NCBI GenBank assembly: GCA_008632985.1
Contig: QPGO01000042.1
Span: 62,001 to 126,000 of the forward strand
Length of the DNA: 64,000 bases
Reading direction: 5' to 3'
Source: Psammoneis japonica
Lineage: Eukaryota
The translations under genes were made by a program, and so were the position numbers. Under the pieces are notes generated by a model, which was not told the DNA's origin, did no database searches, and worked only from the letters and a program-made list of their open reading frames with translations. This document shows positions 25,400-37,229 of this stretch, one piece after another (the first letter of the stretch is position 1; the number at the start of each line of letters is the position of its first letter).

Positions 25400-26480
25400 A
25401 CTTCACCCAGCTTGAAGGAATCATGCTTCAACCGAGGAAGTGGCTGCACATGTGTGGCTTTCTTGTGGATCTTGCTTGCCGTGCAGATCAAGCCCAAGCA
25501 ATTTTTTGCAATCCAAGAAAGATGTTGGACGCCACAAACTCGTGCACATGAAAACGTTGCTGACGAAAGCGCAGCTGCCCATCATCTGCAAATGTCAAAG
25601 AGTTCACATGTGGAAGAGCATCTGTGCTTTTTGCCCAAATCAAAACTGTCTCCGCCCCAAGCCACCCACATCACTTGGGGACACACCAAGGGCTGGGACA
25701 GAGTGTCGCAACAGCCGGCAGAAAGGGGTTGTTTTGCCGCAGTGTCAGCAGCACTGCCAAGGGCTGGCACACACATGAGCTTCCCAGCCCAAAGTTTTTG
25801 CAACAAGCAACCAAGCCTCAACTTGTTGAGCCATTGGCTGTCCCATGTTTTGCACACAACAGGCAACAGCACACACCTTTGTGCTGCAGCGCAACGTTGG
25901 TGGAGTCAGGACGGCTTTCAAGCTTGCCTCTGACATGGAGATCACTCTGGCATCATCAATGTGGACCTGAAAAAAGTGTCCATGATCATCATGGCCAAAG
26001 ACTCCAAACTGGGCTGCACTGCCCCACCCTCCTCCAACAAATGGCTGAAGTCACGCTGAGCTGCTGTGTGCTGCCACATGACTGTGTGATGCCACAGGGC
26101 ATTGTTGTTCTGGATGAGCCACACACAAGACTTGTCAGGGACCTGGTTTTAGCTGTGCAGTGCCATGCTGCATTGTTGATCTGGGCAAGCCTTTCAAGAC
26201 TTGTTGGGAACCTGTTTTTGACAGCTTGTTTTGCCCTGAGAGTTGCTGCATGGCTCTGCCAGCAGAGCGTTGATTGGATGACCCCAAGGACACCAAGCAT
26301 TCCCCCAGATGAGAGAGTGTGTTAAAATGGAGTTGATGACATAAACACATTCAGTCTGTGCATCTTCAGCACTGCACAGAAGAGATTTGTGGTGGGAGGT
26401 CAATGATGCTGGCAGCACTGTTTGAAGCCCAAAAAACCTGCCAAACTTGGCAGCCATGTGTGCACCAGAGGTGCCCAGGC
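25400..26480 (+). mobile_element. Possible relic of non-LTR retrotransposon 3' region (RNase H / Zn-knuckle)
   Basis: Only weak fragments (QLPIICKCQRVH, NVADESAAAH, CGPEKSVHDH, CWEPVFD), in an order resembling LINE RNase H-CCHC tails. Confidence 0.25.
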
Positions 26481-29299
26481 AGGGGGTGTGGCATGCTGCA
26501 AGCTGGGGACAGCTTTGGGAACAACACCAACCCATCAAGCCAGGCAGCAAGTGACATGGCATTTTTGACTGACATTGTCAGTTGTGCAACTCCACATGAT
26601 TTTTGGCAGTGCCATCAGAAGGAGGAGCAGTCACCACGCTTGTCCCAACAACCCAAGTTTCTGTGAATGAAAGAGTGCATGATGACCCCCCCCCCCCCTG
26701 TGCACCCAGCACTTGTGAGCACCTCCCAGGGATGCTTGGCTGTGGCTGGTGCTGTGGTGCCTTTTTGTGTTTTGGAGTTCCCACATGCCTTTGAGTGCCA
26801 TGTCAAGCTCAAGCACAGAAAAATTGGGCACTCTTCTTTTGGACACTCTTGGTGTGGTGAGAAGATGGCCAAGCTTGGGACCCCAGAGCCACATCATCAT
26901 TTGGGGATCATCAGAGGGTGCAATGTGGTGGTTTTCACTTTCCTTGATGCCCCAAAACAATGGTTGGTGTTTTTGTTGTTCTTTTGAATGCAACAAATGT
27001 CATCAAACATGCATTTAACAGTGCACTTTGTTTGTGTGTTTCTTCTGAAGTCTTGTCAATGTTTTTCATCAAAAAGCTTCAATCAAGAAATGCATCCAAT
27101 TTTTGTTTCAATTGGGGTTGGCACCTTTTTTGCAATGAATGGTTTAGTTTCTTTTTCATGGTCATCAACTGAGCTTGGTTTCAGCTTTGTCTTCCCCACT
27201 CACATGCATGTGTGTCCTTGCTTGTGTGCAGTCTACCTCAGGCACACACTTTCCCACTCTTGCTTCTTAAATTTTTCTTCATGCTTCCCACAGCCCGTCA
27301 GTCTGTGGTGTTTTCTGCATTTTTTCACATGCACAATTTTCTGCACACTTCATGACAGCACACCCTCTCCTCCCCAAACATCAAAAAGCATGAATGTGTG
27401 CTGTTGTGATTTACATGCATTCTGCGTGTTGTCGCAAATCTGCAACTCAACAACCTGCCATGGCGGTGAAAGACTTTGCCCCATGGGCCAATGACAGCAG
27501 CTCAATGCATCATGAGACCTGCTCCTGTCCTTCTGGTTGGTCAAGATGGGTTTTGATTGAGGTGTGTCTCTAAAGTTTTGTGGTTGCAAGAAGTGTGCTG
27601 TGACAAATCTGTCAAAGAACAATCACCCAGAATCTAGAATGACAAGCCAGCATGTCATTGCATGTGCACACATTGCAAACTTCTTTTCTGCACCATTGGT
27701 GCAATCATCATGCATGTCAGAGTTTTGCATCTAGAATCATTGCAAGTTGCCACAAATGACACAGTTCAAACAAGGCATGTGCAAAAAGAGGTTTGTTGGT
27801 TTTTGATGCTTCTCCAATTTTTTTGTGTCCAGATCCAGAAAGAATTCATCAGTGGCAGAGAGTGGTGGAGGCAACCGTTGGAGGTTGCCTGAGTTGTCAA
27901 GTTCATTTCTAAAGGCTTCCCTCCCAACAAGTCTCTCTGCTGTTTCTGGTCCATGCTCCAAATGTTTCATCAATGAACCATCCTTGGCACAGAAGGTGTG
28001 GGGCAAACACTTGACCCTCCTTGTGACTTGTCATTCGCACAGCTCTTTGTGCAGTGTGGCACACATGCAGGCAGTGCTTGTTCAAATGGCCATTCTGGCA
28101 AGGGCATTTTGTGGCACTTGAGATGTTTTTTTTTGCTTTCTTGTGTGCCATCTCAAGCATTTCAGTGTTTTTTTGGGGGGGTCAAAGGGGTGGAGGTGAG
28201 TGCTCAACATTGCACAGCAGTGCAAATGTTGCTCCGGAACAAGCAGTGCTGGATGCAAGGGTGAGTCTGTGTTGCCATTCCTTTTGGTCATGTTGGTTTA
28301 TCCATGTCACACTCTCACTGCATGTTCTGCACTTTTTGGCAATGAACAAGGTGGGTCAGAGCAACAGTGTGCTTCAAGAAAGATGACTGCAGCTGCTGTG
28401 ACAAGCTGGTGGGCACCAGAATTGGCAGCGGCAGCAGTGGACCCAACAGCAAGTCTGTGTCACTGTTTCTGTTGGTTGTGTTGGTTCATCTGCATTGCAT
28501 GTGCACTCACAATGTGTTCTGTGCATTTTGGCAATGAATTGCTTGAGTTCTGTGTCTGCTCACTTGTGTGGATCATTCTCTGGGGTGACTTGATGGGTGT
28601 CTCTCATCAAAAAGATGATTGGAGCTTGGAGGTTTTTTTTCTTGGCAGTGAGTGCCAACTCTTTGAGCTTGCCCATTTCATTTTTGGCCCCATTCCAAAT
28701 CTTGTGTTCCACCACTCTCTGCTTTGTTGGTGGTCGCATTGTGCAGTGAAACAGCTCTTGAGTTGCTCGCTTGTTGCACCAGTGGTGTTTTGGCTCCTGT
28801 TGTGGGCCAGTGTTCTTGCATCCTTACATTGCTAAAGCAAAGGTGTTTGGGTCATGCCTCAGGGCCTGCAGTGGTGAGTTTCAGTGCAGTCACCTGACCT
28901 CCATTGGTCAAATGCAAACAACAAAATAAAACAATGCAAATGCTTTTGATTTGCAGGTTTTGTGGGGATGGAGGGTGCACACACTCACAGGGAAAATGGG
29001 TGGCTGTTTCACAGTGAAACATGTTTTCCTCACAGGGGGGGGGTCAGACCCCCCACAGCATAAAAAATTTGTCTGATGGTCAACACATTGTCACCACATG
29101 CACAACACCAGTGTCCCATTGTGGCACTCATCTGTCACCCATGAAAAGGTCAAAAATCCCTGTGAGAAAGACACAACCTTGATCACTGCAACTCAGACTG
29201 TGATGATCATGTTGCAGCTGCCTTGCAGCATGGCTGGGACACAGGGCTTGAGTTGTGCACAGCAGATCTAGACATCTGGGCATCATGCAAGGCAACAAA

Positions 29300-30560
29300 G
29301 TCAGGCAGTGCTGAGCACCAGAGATGACACTTGCTTGTGTGAGCACACATGGATGAGACCTTGTGTGTGCCTCTTGTGACCCCACCCCTTTCACTTGTGA
29401 CCCAAAAGCAATCATGGATCATGTGTCTGCAAGTTGTGCACTTGAGAATGGAAGTGTCAAGGAGCTGGAGGAACACCTTGGTGTGCAGATCTGTGAGCAC
29501 AGCAGGCTGTTGGGCACAGATGGCAAGATGCACTGGGCAACATCTTCTGACTTGTGAGTCAATGGGGCATGAAACTGAGCTGATGATGAGTGCTGGAAGC
29601 TGCCTTGGAGTCAAAGCTCTGTGCATCTGAGCTCAGGACACTGACCTGAGTTGGATGGCTCACCTTGGTCAGACCAATCAGAGCAGGTTGATTGGCCACT
29701 TTCAAGCCTTGTGAGGTTGCTCTGCTGGACAGCAAAGCTTGGGAGGACTGACATTTTTGTGCCTGCATCAATGCTGGCATCTCACCTTGCAGCACCCCAA
29801 GTTCTTCAACACACCTTGCAGCACCCCAAGTTCTTCAACACACCTTGCAGCACACTGGTTCTTCAACACCCACCAGGTGAGGTGCTCCACATGTTGTTTG
29901 CCTGCTTGGGATCACACTCAAGCACAGTGTGTTTGACGAGACAATGCAAACCAACCAACCTTTGAGGAGAGGCAGGACCAGTGCATTTGCCAAGTGCGGC
30001 AGTGGGTTTGAATTTCACCTGGCGTGGAAGCACCAAATGTGCTGCACACACCAGAGATGCACACAGAGGCACACAGCACCATGCACTGTGCCAGCTGATG
30101 ACACACGCAAATGTGATCAGCATGTGTGGTGTGTCTGCATGAAAAGGGAAACAAGTCACATGTCTGTGGATTCAAACCCAAGATCTTGGTCATTCTTTGG
30201 TGACTTTGCTTTTGTGCGCACATTGCACATTCCACCCTGCAATGTGCTGCACTCTGTGAATCATGCTCAGTCTTGTGCTTTGTGAACACTGGTCATGCCA
30301 GATGATGTGTGTGGTGTGTGGGTCCCATGTGCTGGAGGTTCATTGTTTCATCACAATGTGCTTGACTGTTTTGAACTCCTCCAAATGGCAAGATGCTGTT
30401 GAGTTCTTCTCTGCATTTTACACCCAATTTTGTTGCACAATCAAGAGCTGTGCTGTGGGGCAGGTTGAAGCTCTGCAGCACAAGCTTGACTGGCATGCTT
30501 GGCATCCCTGTCAATGCACCCACAAACAATGTGTTTTGTGACAACAAAAACTGGGCCAGA
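29300..30560 (+). mobile_element. Decayed Ty1/copia (CoDi-like) pol: reverse transcriptase and RNase H relic
   Basis: Collinear motifs: HMDE at 29346 (=YVDD), DPKAIMD...GSVKELEEHLG, WATSSD, LCWTAKLGRTDI..ASMLASHLAAP, LHMLFACL, SKWQDAVE, VEALQHKL, GIPVNAPTNNVFCDN. Confidence 0.85.
29783..29868 (+). repeat. 29-bp tandem repeat, ~3 copies
   Basis: caccttgcagcaccccaagttcttcaaca x2 exact, plus a third diverged copy. Confidence 0.9.
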
Positions 30561-32264
30561 TCACAAGCAGCTGGCAAATTGTGCATGCTGCTTTCTTGGA
30601 TGTAAAAATTTGTTGGGTGCATCAAATGAGTTGATGCCTGCCTGGACAGAAGCTCCTGAAGAGTTGATTTGATGCATCTTTGTGAGTTGCATCCAAGTCC
30701 ATCTGAAAAGGAAGACAGGTTGAGCAGGTTTTTTTTTAATTGTCATTGTTTTCTTTTGCAATTTGAGGAAATGTGTCCCTCTGGTCATCCCCAGAATGGG
30801 GCAGCAATTGGGCTCCATTTTCATCTTGCCAAAGCCAGTGCATTGGCTCATGGGGACTGGACAAATGTGTGTGTGTGCTCACATGAAGGTGCAGTGCATG
30901 TGGTGTGTGTTGATTTCTCCAACCACATTTCATTGATGCCTCCATCTGTTGTGCCAACAGCTGTTCTGACCAGACTGGATGGGCCTGATGCTCTTGCAGC
31001 TGCAGAGCTTGTTGATTGCCATGCTGCATGAGCTGTTTGTTCCTTTGTCCATTTTCATTTTCAAAAACAATCACCCCCTGATGGCATTTTTTCTCACCAT
31101 GCATTGACCACATGAGGACAACTTTTGTGCTGACAATGCACTGCACTCACTGCAGCCATTCTAAGCTCATGTTTGCATTGAACAATGACAAGCTCTGTTT
31201 TCGAAGCAAGGCAATTGCTCCAACTTGGAAATCCTTTCAAGAACCAGCTCTCTGGCAAGTGAGCATGCTGGCAACATCTGCGCTGGATTGCTGAAAAAAT
31301 GGTGGAAAGATGTGGTGTGCACCACTGACCACTTGGTCAGGTTTTCAGCCTGACGCCACTGCAACAGAATCATGACTGCACAGGTGCTGGCTGCTCTTTT
31401 CACTCCATTGGCTTGGAGGGAACAATGTGTCACAAGGCATGCCGAGCCATCATCACAGCTGAGTTTGCAACAAACACCGGCCACCATTCCCTTTGCTGCT
31501 GCAGAATGATGATGGCTGCTGAGTGCCCAACAAAAGAGAGTCTGTTCTTCTGCAAGAAATTGCTGAGCCAGCTTTTGCTGTCTGCTTGCTTGAGCTGTCA
31601 TTCTGCACTGTTCCTCCTTCATCTGCATGCTGTTTGCTCTTGCTTGCAAAAAGTGTTTTGCTGCTGTGCTGCCAACTGAGGCAAATGAGTCACACACATT
31701 TCTGGGTTGCTTGTTCTTTGTGCGGCACAGATCAGAGACCAACAGGATGAGCAGTCTGTGCCTCCCCTCCTTGCTCACACAGGGTTTTTTCTCACGGGCT
31801 GCTTCCACGGGCTGTTGTGAAAGCAGCGCAGCACCCCGCAAGCACCCAGAACAACCTGCAGCAACCTTGCTCTTCCTCTTCATCAATGTCACATTGCACG
31901 TTGACAAGCAGAGAGCAAGTTTCACTTGCAGCCCATGCTGCCCTCGGAGCTCATTCTCTGGGTTCCCCACAGAAGCAAGCTCCTCATTGAGGTCTGGCTC
32001 TTTGTGGCTTGCACCACAACCAACCAGAGAGCTCTCCAGGGAAAGAACTGGCCATGAGAGAAGACAAGGTGTTGAGCAACAGAGGGCAATCATCAGGCAA
32101 TTGAGTTGCTTTCTGTTGTTGCATCCCAAGCCTTCAAACTCAAAATGCTTTGATGAAAAACATTGCTGCTGGCTCTCACAAATGTTCATTGGCCAACAAA
32201 GGTTCTTGCAAAAAAGCATCTGACAGAGCTGTTTGACAAGAACTTCTGGACATGCTGAGCAGTT

Positions 32265-35116
32265 GGACACTTGTCTTCAGAGTCTTTCAAGGGCAAGTCA
32301 CAACTCAGATTTTTTCAGGAAAGTCATCTCATTTTAAGATGTGCTTTCAAACCATTCACCAACCACTCTTTGTTTGCCACACCAATGGATTAGAGTGGAT
32401 TTTTTCACGCAGTTGAATGAAAGCAAAAAAAATTTGCCATGATGCAGGCATTGTCTCTTTGCCATTGTTGCAGAGGATGCACACTGATGAAACACTTCTC
32501 TTCTTTTGGAAATGACATTTGGAGCAGGGTGGTGTGTTTGAGAAACTCCAGCATTGAATCATGGGTGGGTGGGGGGCAAGTGGCAAAAAAATCCATGCAA
32601 GCTTCCATTTCTGCGTCAAAGCATGAGTGGCATGCATTGTTGTCCCTTGCATTGTCATGTGTTGCTCCCCACATTTCATGCAATCCCTTGGCATTGCATG
32701 CTCACCCATCATTTTCCATCTTTGCATTCACTCATTTGTCAGAATGGTGTTGCCATGCTGTGGCATTGCTTGTCACTCTGATTCAGACACCAACCAGCAC
32801 CAATGCTGGGGGAATTGTGAGGATGCACACCAACAACAAATCACTCTTGATTCTTGTTGAGGGGTGGCACAGATTTCTTGTCTGCAGTCCATTGCGCTTT
32901 AATTTGCCCAGTTGTTTGCTGCAGCACCTCAGTTGTGCACAATCACATGGGTTTTCAAGTGATGCTTGTGTTTGACCCCATTTTGATTTTGCCACTTGTT
33001 TGTTTTTGTTCTTTGTTCCAATTTTCTGGTTGCTGTGACAGACCCTCATTTTCATTTTCAACATTTTTGTTTCAAGCTGGTTGAGACCTTTGAGCAAGGA
33101 AATTCTCAGCAGCAACAGACTTGTTCTGAAATCATGATCACACCTGCTCCCAACAAAGAATCTGTTGCTGAATTGCTTTTGAAAACAGAGCATGAAGTCA
33201 ATGTTGTGAAAAAGGCAGCTCAATCATCATCCACTTCTTTGCCATTCTAAAGAGGTGACTTGGCACTGCCTTGGCTGGCTGCATTTTCTGGGAGGCTCTC
33301 CAGAACAAGAGCCACAGGCAGAAAGCAATTTCTGATGTCAGCAACAAGCTCTGTCATGAAACCCTCTCCAGCATCAGGAAGGACAACCTTGAAGCTGGAG
33401 CATCAACCAGGCAGTTGAAATGGTCAGCTCCAAGTCTTGGAGCTTGCTGCCACTGTCTGGATGGCATGTCCTGCCACCAAGACAGAAGCAAGCATGCCAG
33501 TGAGCTCTTCTGACAACATCAGAGGTTTGCAAACAAGCTTGTCCAGCTCCACAGGAGCCACCTGCAAAGGTTGACCACAAGAAGAAGTCCAAAAGGCTGA
33601 GCAAGAAGTCCAAGAGAAACCAGCCAAGAAGGGCTGGTGGAGTCTTGAAAGTGGTGGCAGCAATTCAAAAACTTTGTTGGGCACTGCTGGAGCCAACCAC
33701 AGGGGTGTCACTTTTTCCAATTCTGTGGTAGACACCAACCCTGTCTCTCTCTTCTGCCAGCCTCTCTTCAACTGATGGACACATGGGGGATTTGTCTCCA
33801 GAAAAACAGGGCTGGTGGACCAATTGTTTGGTTCAAAAAGGATCAGCTCCCATTTGGTTTTTTTCATTTGTTTTGCACTCAAACAGTCTCTTGTTTTCAC
33901 CATGCAACAATTGTTTCTCAAGCTGTGTCTCCATGAAGGGGCTGATGGAAAAATCAGCTCTGTCAATTTACACAAGTGCAACGCTGAAGGCAAACCAAGG
34001 GTGGCATGTGAGCTCATGTGTTGGAGACAGGCAGAGGTGGTTTTTGATGCATTCTGTGTGTGTGCCACTGTGTGCTCTGTTGCAACCAAGGAAATGTCCC
34101 ACTCAAAAGCACTTTTGTGTTCATTGTTCAAAGTGAGTGATTCCACAGTGAAAAAATCAAGTTTTCTGATGCACACAGTTGACCCACTGAGCCCAAGAAG
34201 CTTCCCTTTGTCTCCCCCCTTGCAGTGGCCCCAACAAACCCATTGCTTGCATCTGGGAGATCTTCCTGTTCCACAAAAAAGCAAACTTGCAGCAGAAAAG
34301 TTGCAAGAGGATTTTCTCACTGTCTTGGTTTTCTGGTCTTGCAATGGGCTGTGAGGGACACACCTTGTTTTGAAGGAACAAAAAACAGCATTGAAAGTGT
34401 TGCTGCTCTGCACATCACTGCATTCTCCAAGGTTCATGTGTGTCTCTGCAAAAACATGCACAGGATGTTGTGCTGTGAGGTGCACAAACAAAGAAACACT
34501 TTGAAAGAAGAAGCTTTGGCAGAGCTGCAAGCCCACATTTCTGTGCCCCAAGTCAGTCTTGCGCAACTCTGTTTTTGACCATGGCTGGCTCTGGCAGGTG
34601 TCCTTGTGTTGGCAGCAGCATCACTGCCCATTGTGCATGCTGACAAGCTGCAAAATGTTTGCTCTGTCTGACAAAAACTCCCAAGTTTCAAGTCCAAGCT
34701 TGAGCTCCAACACAAAAATGACACATGGGCTTGTTGATGGGAGCAGCACAGCTGCTGACAGGGGCAACCAAATGGCAGGCCATGGCTGCTCCTCCTGGGC
34801 CAAAGCTTTGCACATCACCCACCATTGATGTTTGCAGTGCCATCTGCGCCCATGGCAACTTCTCTTGATGGTGGGGGCGAGGCCATTTGCGAAGCTGTCA
34901 GATTGGCAGATTGCACAGCCCTGTTGTCACCACCAACTCAGATGGAAGAGCCTTCCAGATGGATCCCAAGAGAATTGCCATGCTCAGTTCCAACTTCACT
35001 GTTGAATCATGCGGACACTTGTCTCTTGTCTCCAGAGCAATTCAAGGGCATGTCACAGTTCAAATTTTTGCAGAAAAGTCATCTCATTTTGAGATGTGCT
35101 GTCAAACCATTCACCG
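32265..35116 (+). repeat. Dispersed ~100-bp direct repeat pair (~32265-32360 and ~35012-35116)
   Basis: Both read ggacacttgtct...ttcaagggca.gtcaca..tca.attttt..ag.aaagtcatctcatttt.agatgtgct.tcaaaccattcacc. Confidence 0.85.
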
Positions 35117-35756
35117 AACACTCAAGTTATCTTGCCATGTAGGTTCGCTGGCGACACCTCTCAACAACTTGTCATCAAAAGCTTTCTTAAGGCTTTGAAA
35201 CAAACAACATCCACCAACGCACACCACACTGTGGAGATTTTCTCGGGGATGGACATTTTGGTGACAGGAAACGTTTCTTTGACGACGCCTCCTCTGGTCC
35301 ACAATGCAGAGAGTGTGGGCCCTACTTAGGCCCCTCTGTTTCTTTCTCTAGAGGCTAGCTAGCGCTCACAATGTCAGACTGAAAGAATGTAACATATAAC
35401 ATTCCTCGCGCTCCTTGCACATAAAAAAGTTAAACGTCAACTTCTGGTTATAAATGTTAGCAAAGAAAGTTTGCTCGAACCTTGCCCTCAACTTCCATAA
35501 CCCACAGGGTCGTTGCGATAGCTTTGCCATAGTTGATGAAATGGGATGTTTCGTGATACGCTACAGGTCTTCCATGAGTCACAATCGCTCCAACGAAACC
35601 AGGGCGTAGCGAGCTTTCGACGTTGGATCGGGTACAACACAGTTTTTGAACCAGATGAACTGGGAGAGGCCAGCTCCTCAAGCTCCTTGCTCCCCACAAA
35701 TCGAAAGCCAAAATACTATCTTCTAACTTCAGCGCTGGAAACAACACTCAGAAAGA

Positions 35757-37063
35757 TCATCTGCTTGACTGCAATACTGGAGGTGAGTTGCCGCCATCGT
35801 TTTCCGTCACCTGAAGTTGCGACATTGTCAACCAAATAGAATTTTCGTCGTGATACTTCACAACTTTCTCCTCATCTTTCGTGAGCCACAAGTCACCCCA
35901 ATCCAACCCAGTGCGTTTGAGCTGCAATTCTGTGCTTTTGCAGAATTCAGGATCCCACTGAGCATGAAGTTTGCTTGTAAGCATTGGGGCTCTGAAAAAG
36001 GATGGTTTAGCTGCAACATGAATGCATTCTCGACCGAAAGACGAAGCTATTTGTCTAGGCAGGACTTTGTCAATTGGTTTCACAACGTAGCATCTCATGC
36101 GCTTTCCCTTCCATAGGATAGCTCCTACGTCGTTCCGAAGTGCGGCAAGCAGTTTCTCCAGTCCCTCCTTCGAAATCCAGTACGCGTATGCTCCCCAGAT
36201 TGGCTGGCCACCTGGTTTTTCGTGTGGTCCAGTAGATTTACCGGGTTTCTCTCCTGTCGCTTTTATCTTCTCCGTTCCTTCTTTTCCGTCAATCTCGATG
36301 TCAGCAGGGGTTGGGAATGGAAAGAACGAACTGATCTGGCGGTTTGCTGTTTCGTGCTTGCGCCGAGCAAATACGTCCAGAACCCATTTTATGTTTGGTA
36401 GAGAACCCAACCATCCATAGTAACGCAGATGACAGCTGCTCTTGTTTCGCACCTCCCACTCTTTACTTGCCGCTAACGTGGCCCAAAATCTCTCATAGCA
36501 TTCAGAACTAGAAGCGGGATCATCGGGATTCAGTAGCTTAATCGGAGCGCGGACGTTATCCTCCAGAATAAAGTCGAAACCTCCAGCCACACATTTCTTC
36601 ATTGCCAACAGATGCGCCAGTGTACAAGCAAGAAAGCACGACCACGGTTCACTGATTTCGCCTTCCTCCAGAGCTCAACGCTATAGTGCAATTTTACATC
36701 GAAGTCGCTGCCCTTTCTATTGGGAACAACAGACACGTCTTTCAGGCATTCAAAAAAACGATCGGGGTGATCTTGATACTCCTTCGTGCTTTGTCCTTGG
36801 ATGAGTGCGACCCATTCCTCGTGAGGCAACAAACCTGCACTGTTGACAATTCGAAAGAACTCCATTCTATTTCGCAATGAGCGTGATGGTATGCCCTCAC
36901 TAAAAACGGGAGATTCAAAATGACGAGCCAATTCAGGCTGAGAAAAGAGTTCCTCTATGTAAGACTGCCGTTCTGCGCCCATCGTAATCACCAGCGGCTT
37001 CAATCTTCGGGGTGAAGCTACCACATTGTCGTTCTCTACGACGGTCTCGACCTTTCGCATCAT
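35757..37063 (-). CDS. Glycosyltransferase family 25-like protein
   Basis: PLVITMGAERQ, FDFILEDNV, WGAYAYWISKEG, KPIDKVL; two ORFs joined by a frameshift near 36635. Confidence 0.55.
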
Positions 37064-37229
37064 AGCAAGTGACAACTGTGGTGGGCCTCGGGCACTAATC
37101 GAGAGGAGGAAAAGCGGAGGCGTGAAAAATGATCCAAAGGGGAAAAGAAAAGGTTTGCAACTTATTGCCAATAAGACGGCTGCCGCCATTTTGCTGCGCG
37201 CGGGTCGCGGTCGCGGGTTGCAGCATTAC

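Larger units (their letters stand above)
25290..35320. repeat. CpG- and TpA-depleted, TpG/CpA-rich degenerate repeat block 1
   Basis: No intact genes. Manual count for 29101-29880: 0 CG and 1 TA in 780 bp. Contains a copia relic and internal duplications. Confidence 0.9.

Noticed and set aside
26780..27000. Possible Harbinger-type transposase fragment (SSFG...RRWPSL)
   Set aside because: Similarity is too short and degraded to support.
29783..29868. 29-bp repeats resembling a CRISPR array
   Set aside because: Units are contiguous with no spacers, lie within a copia relic, and no cas genes are present.
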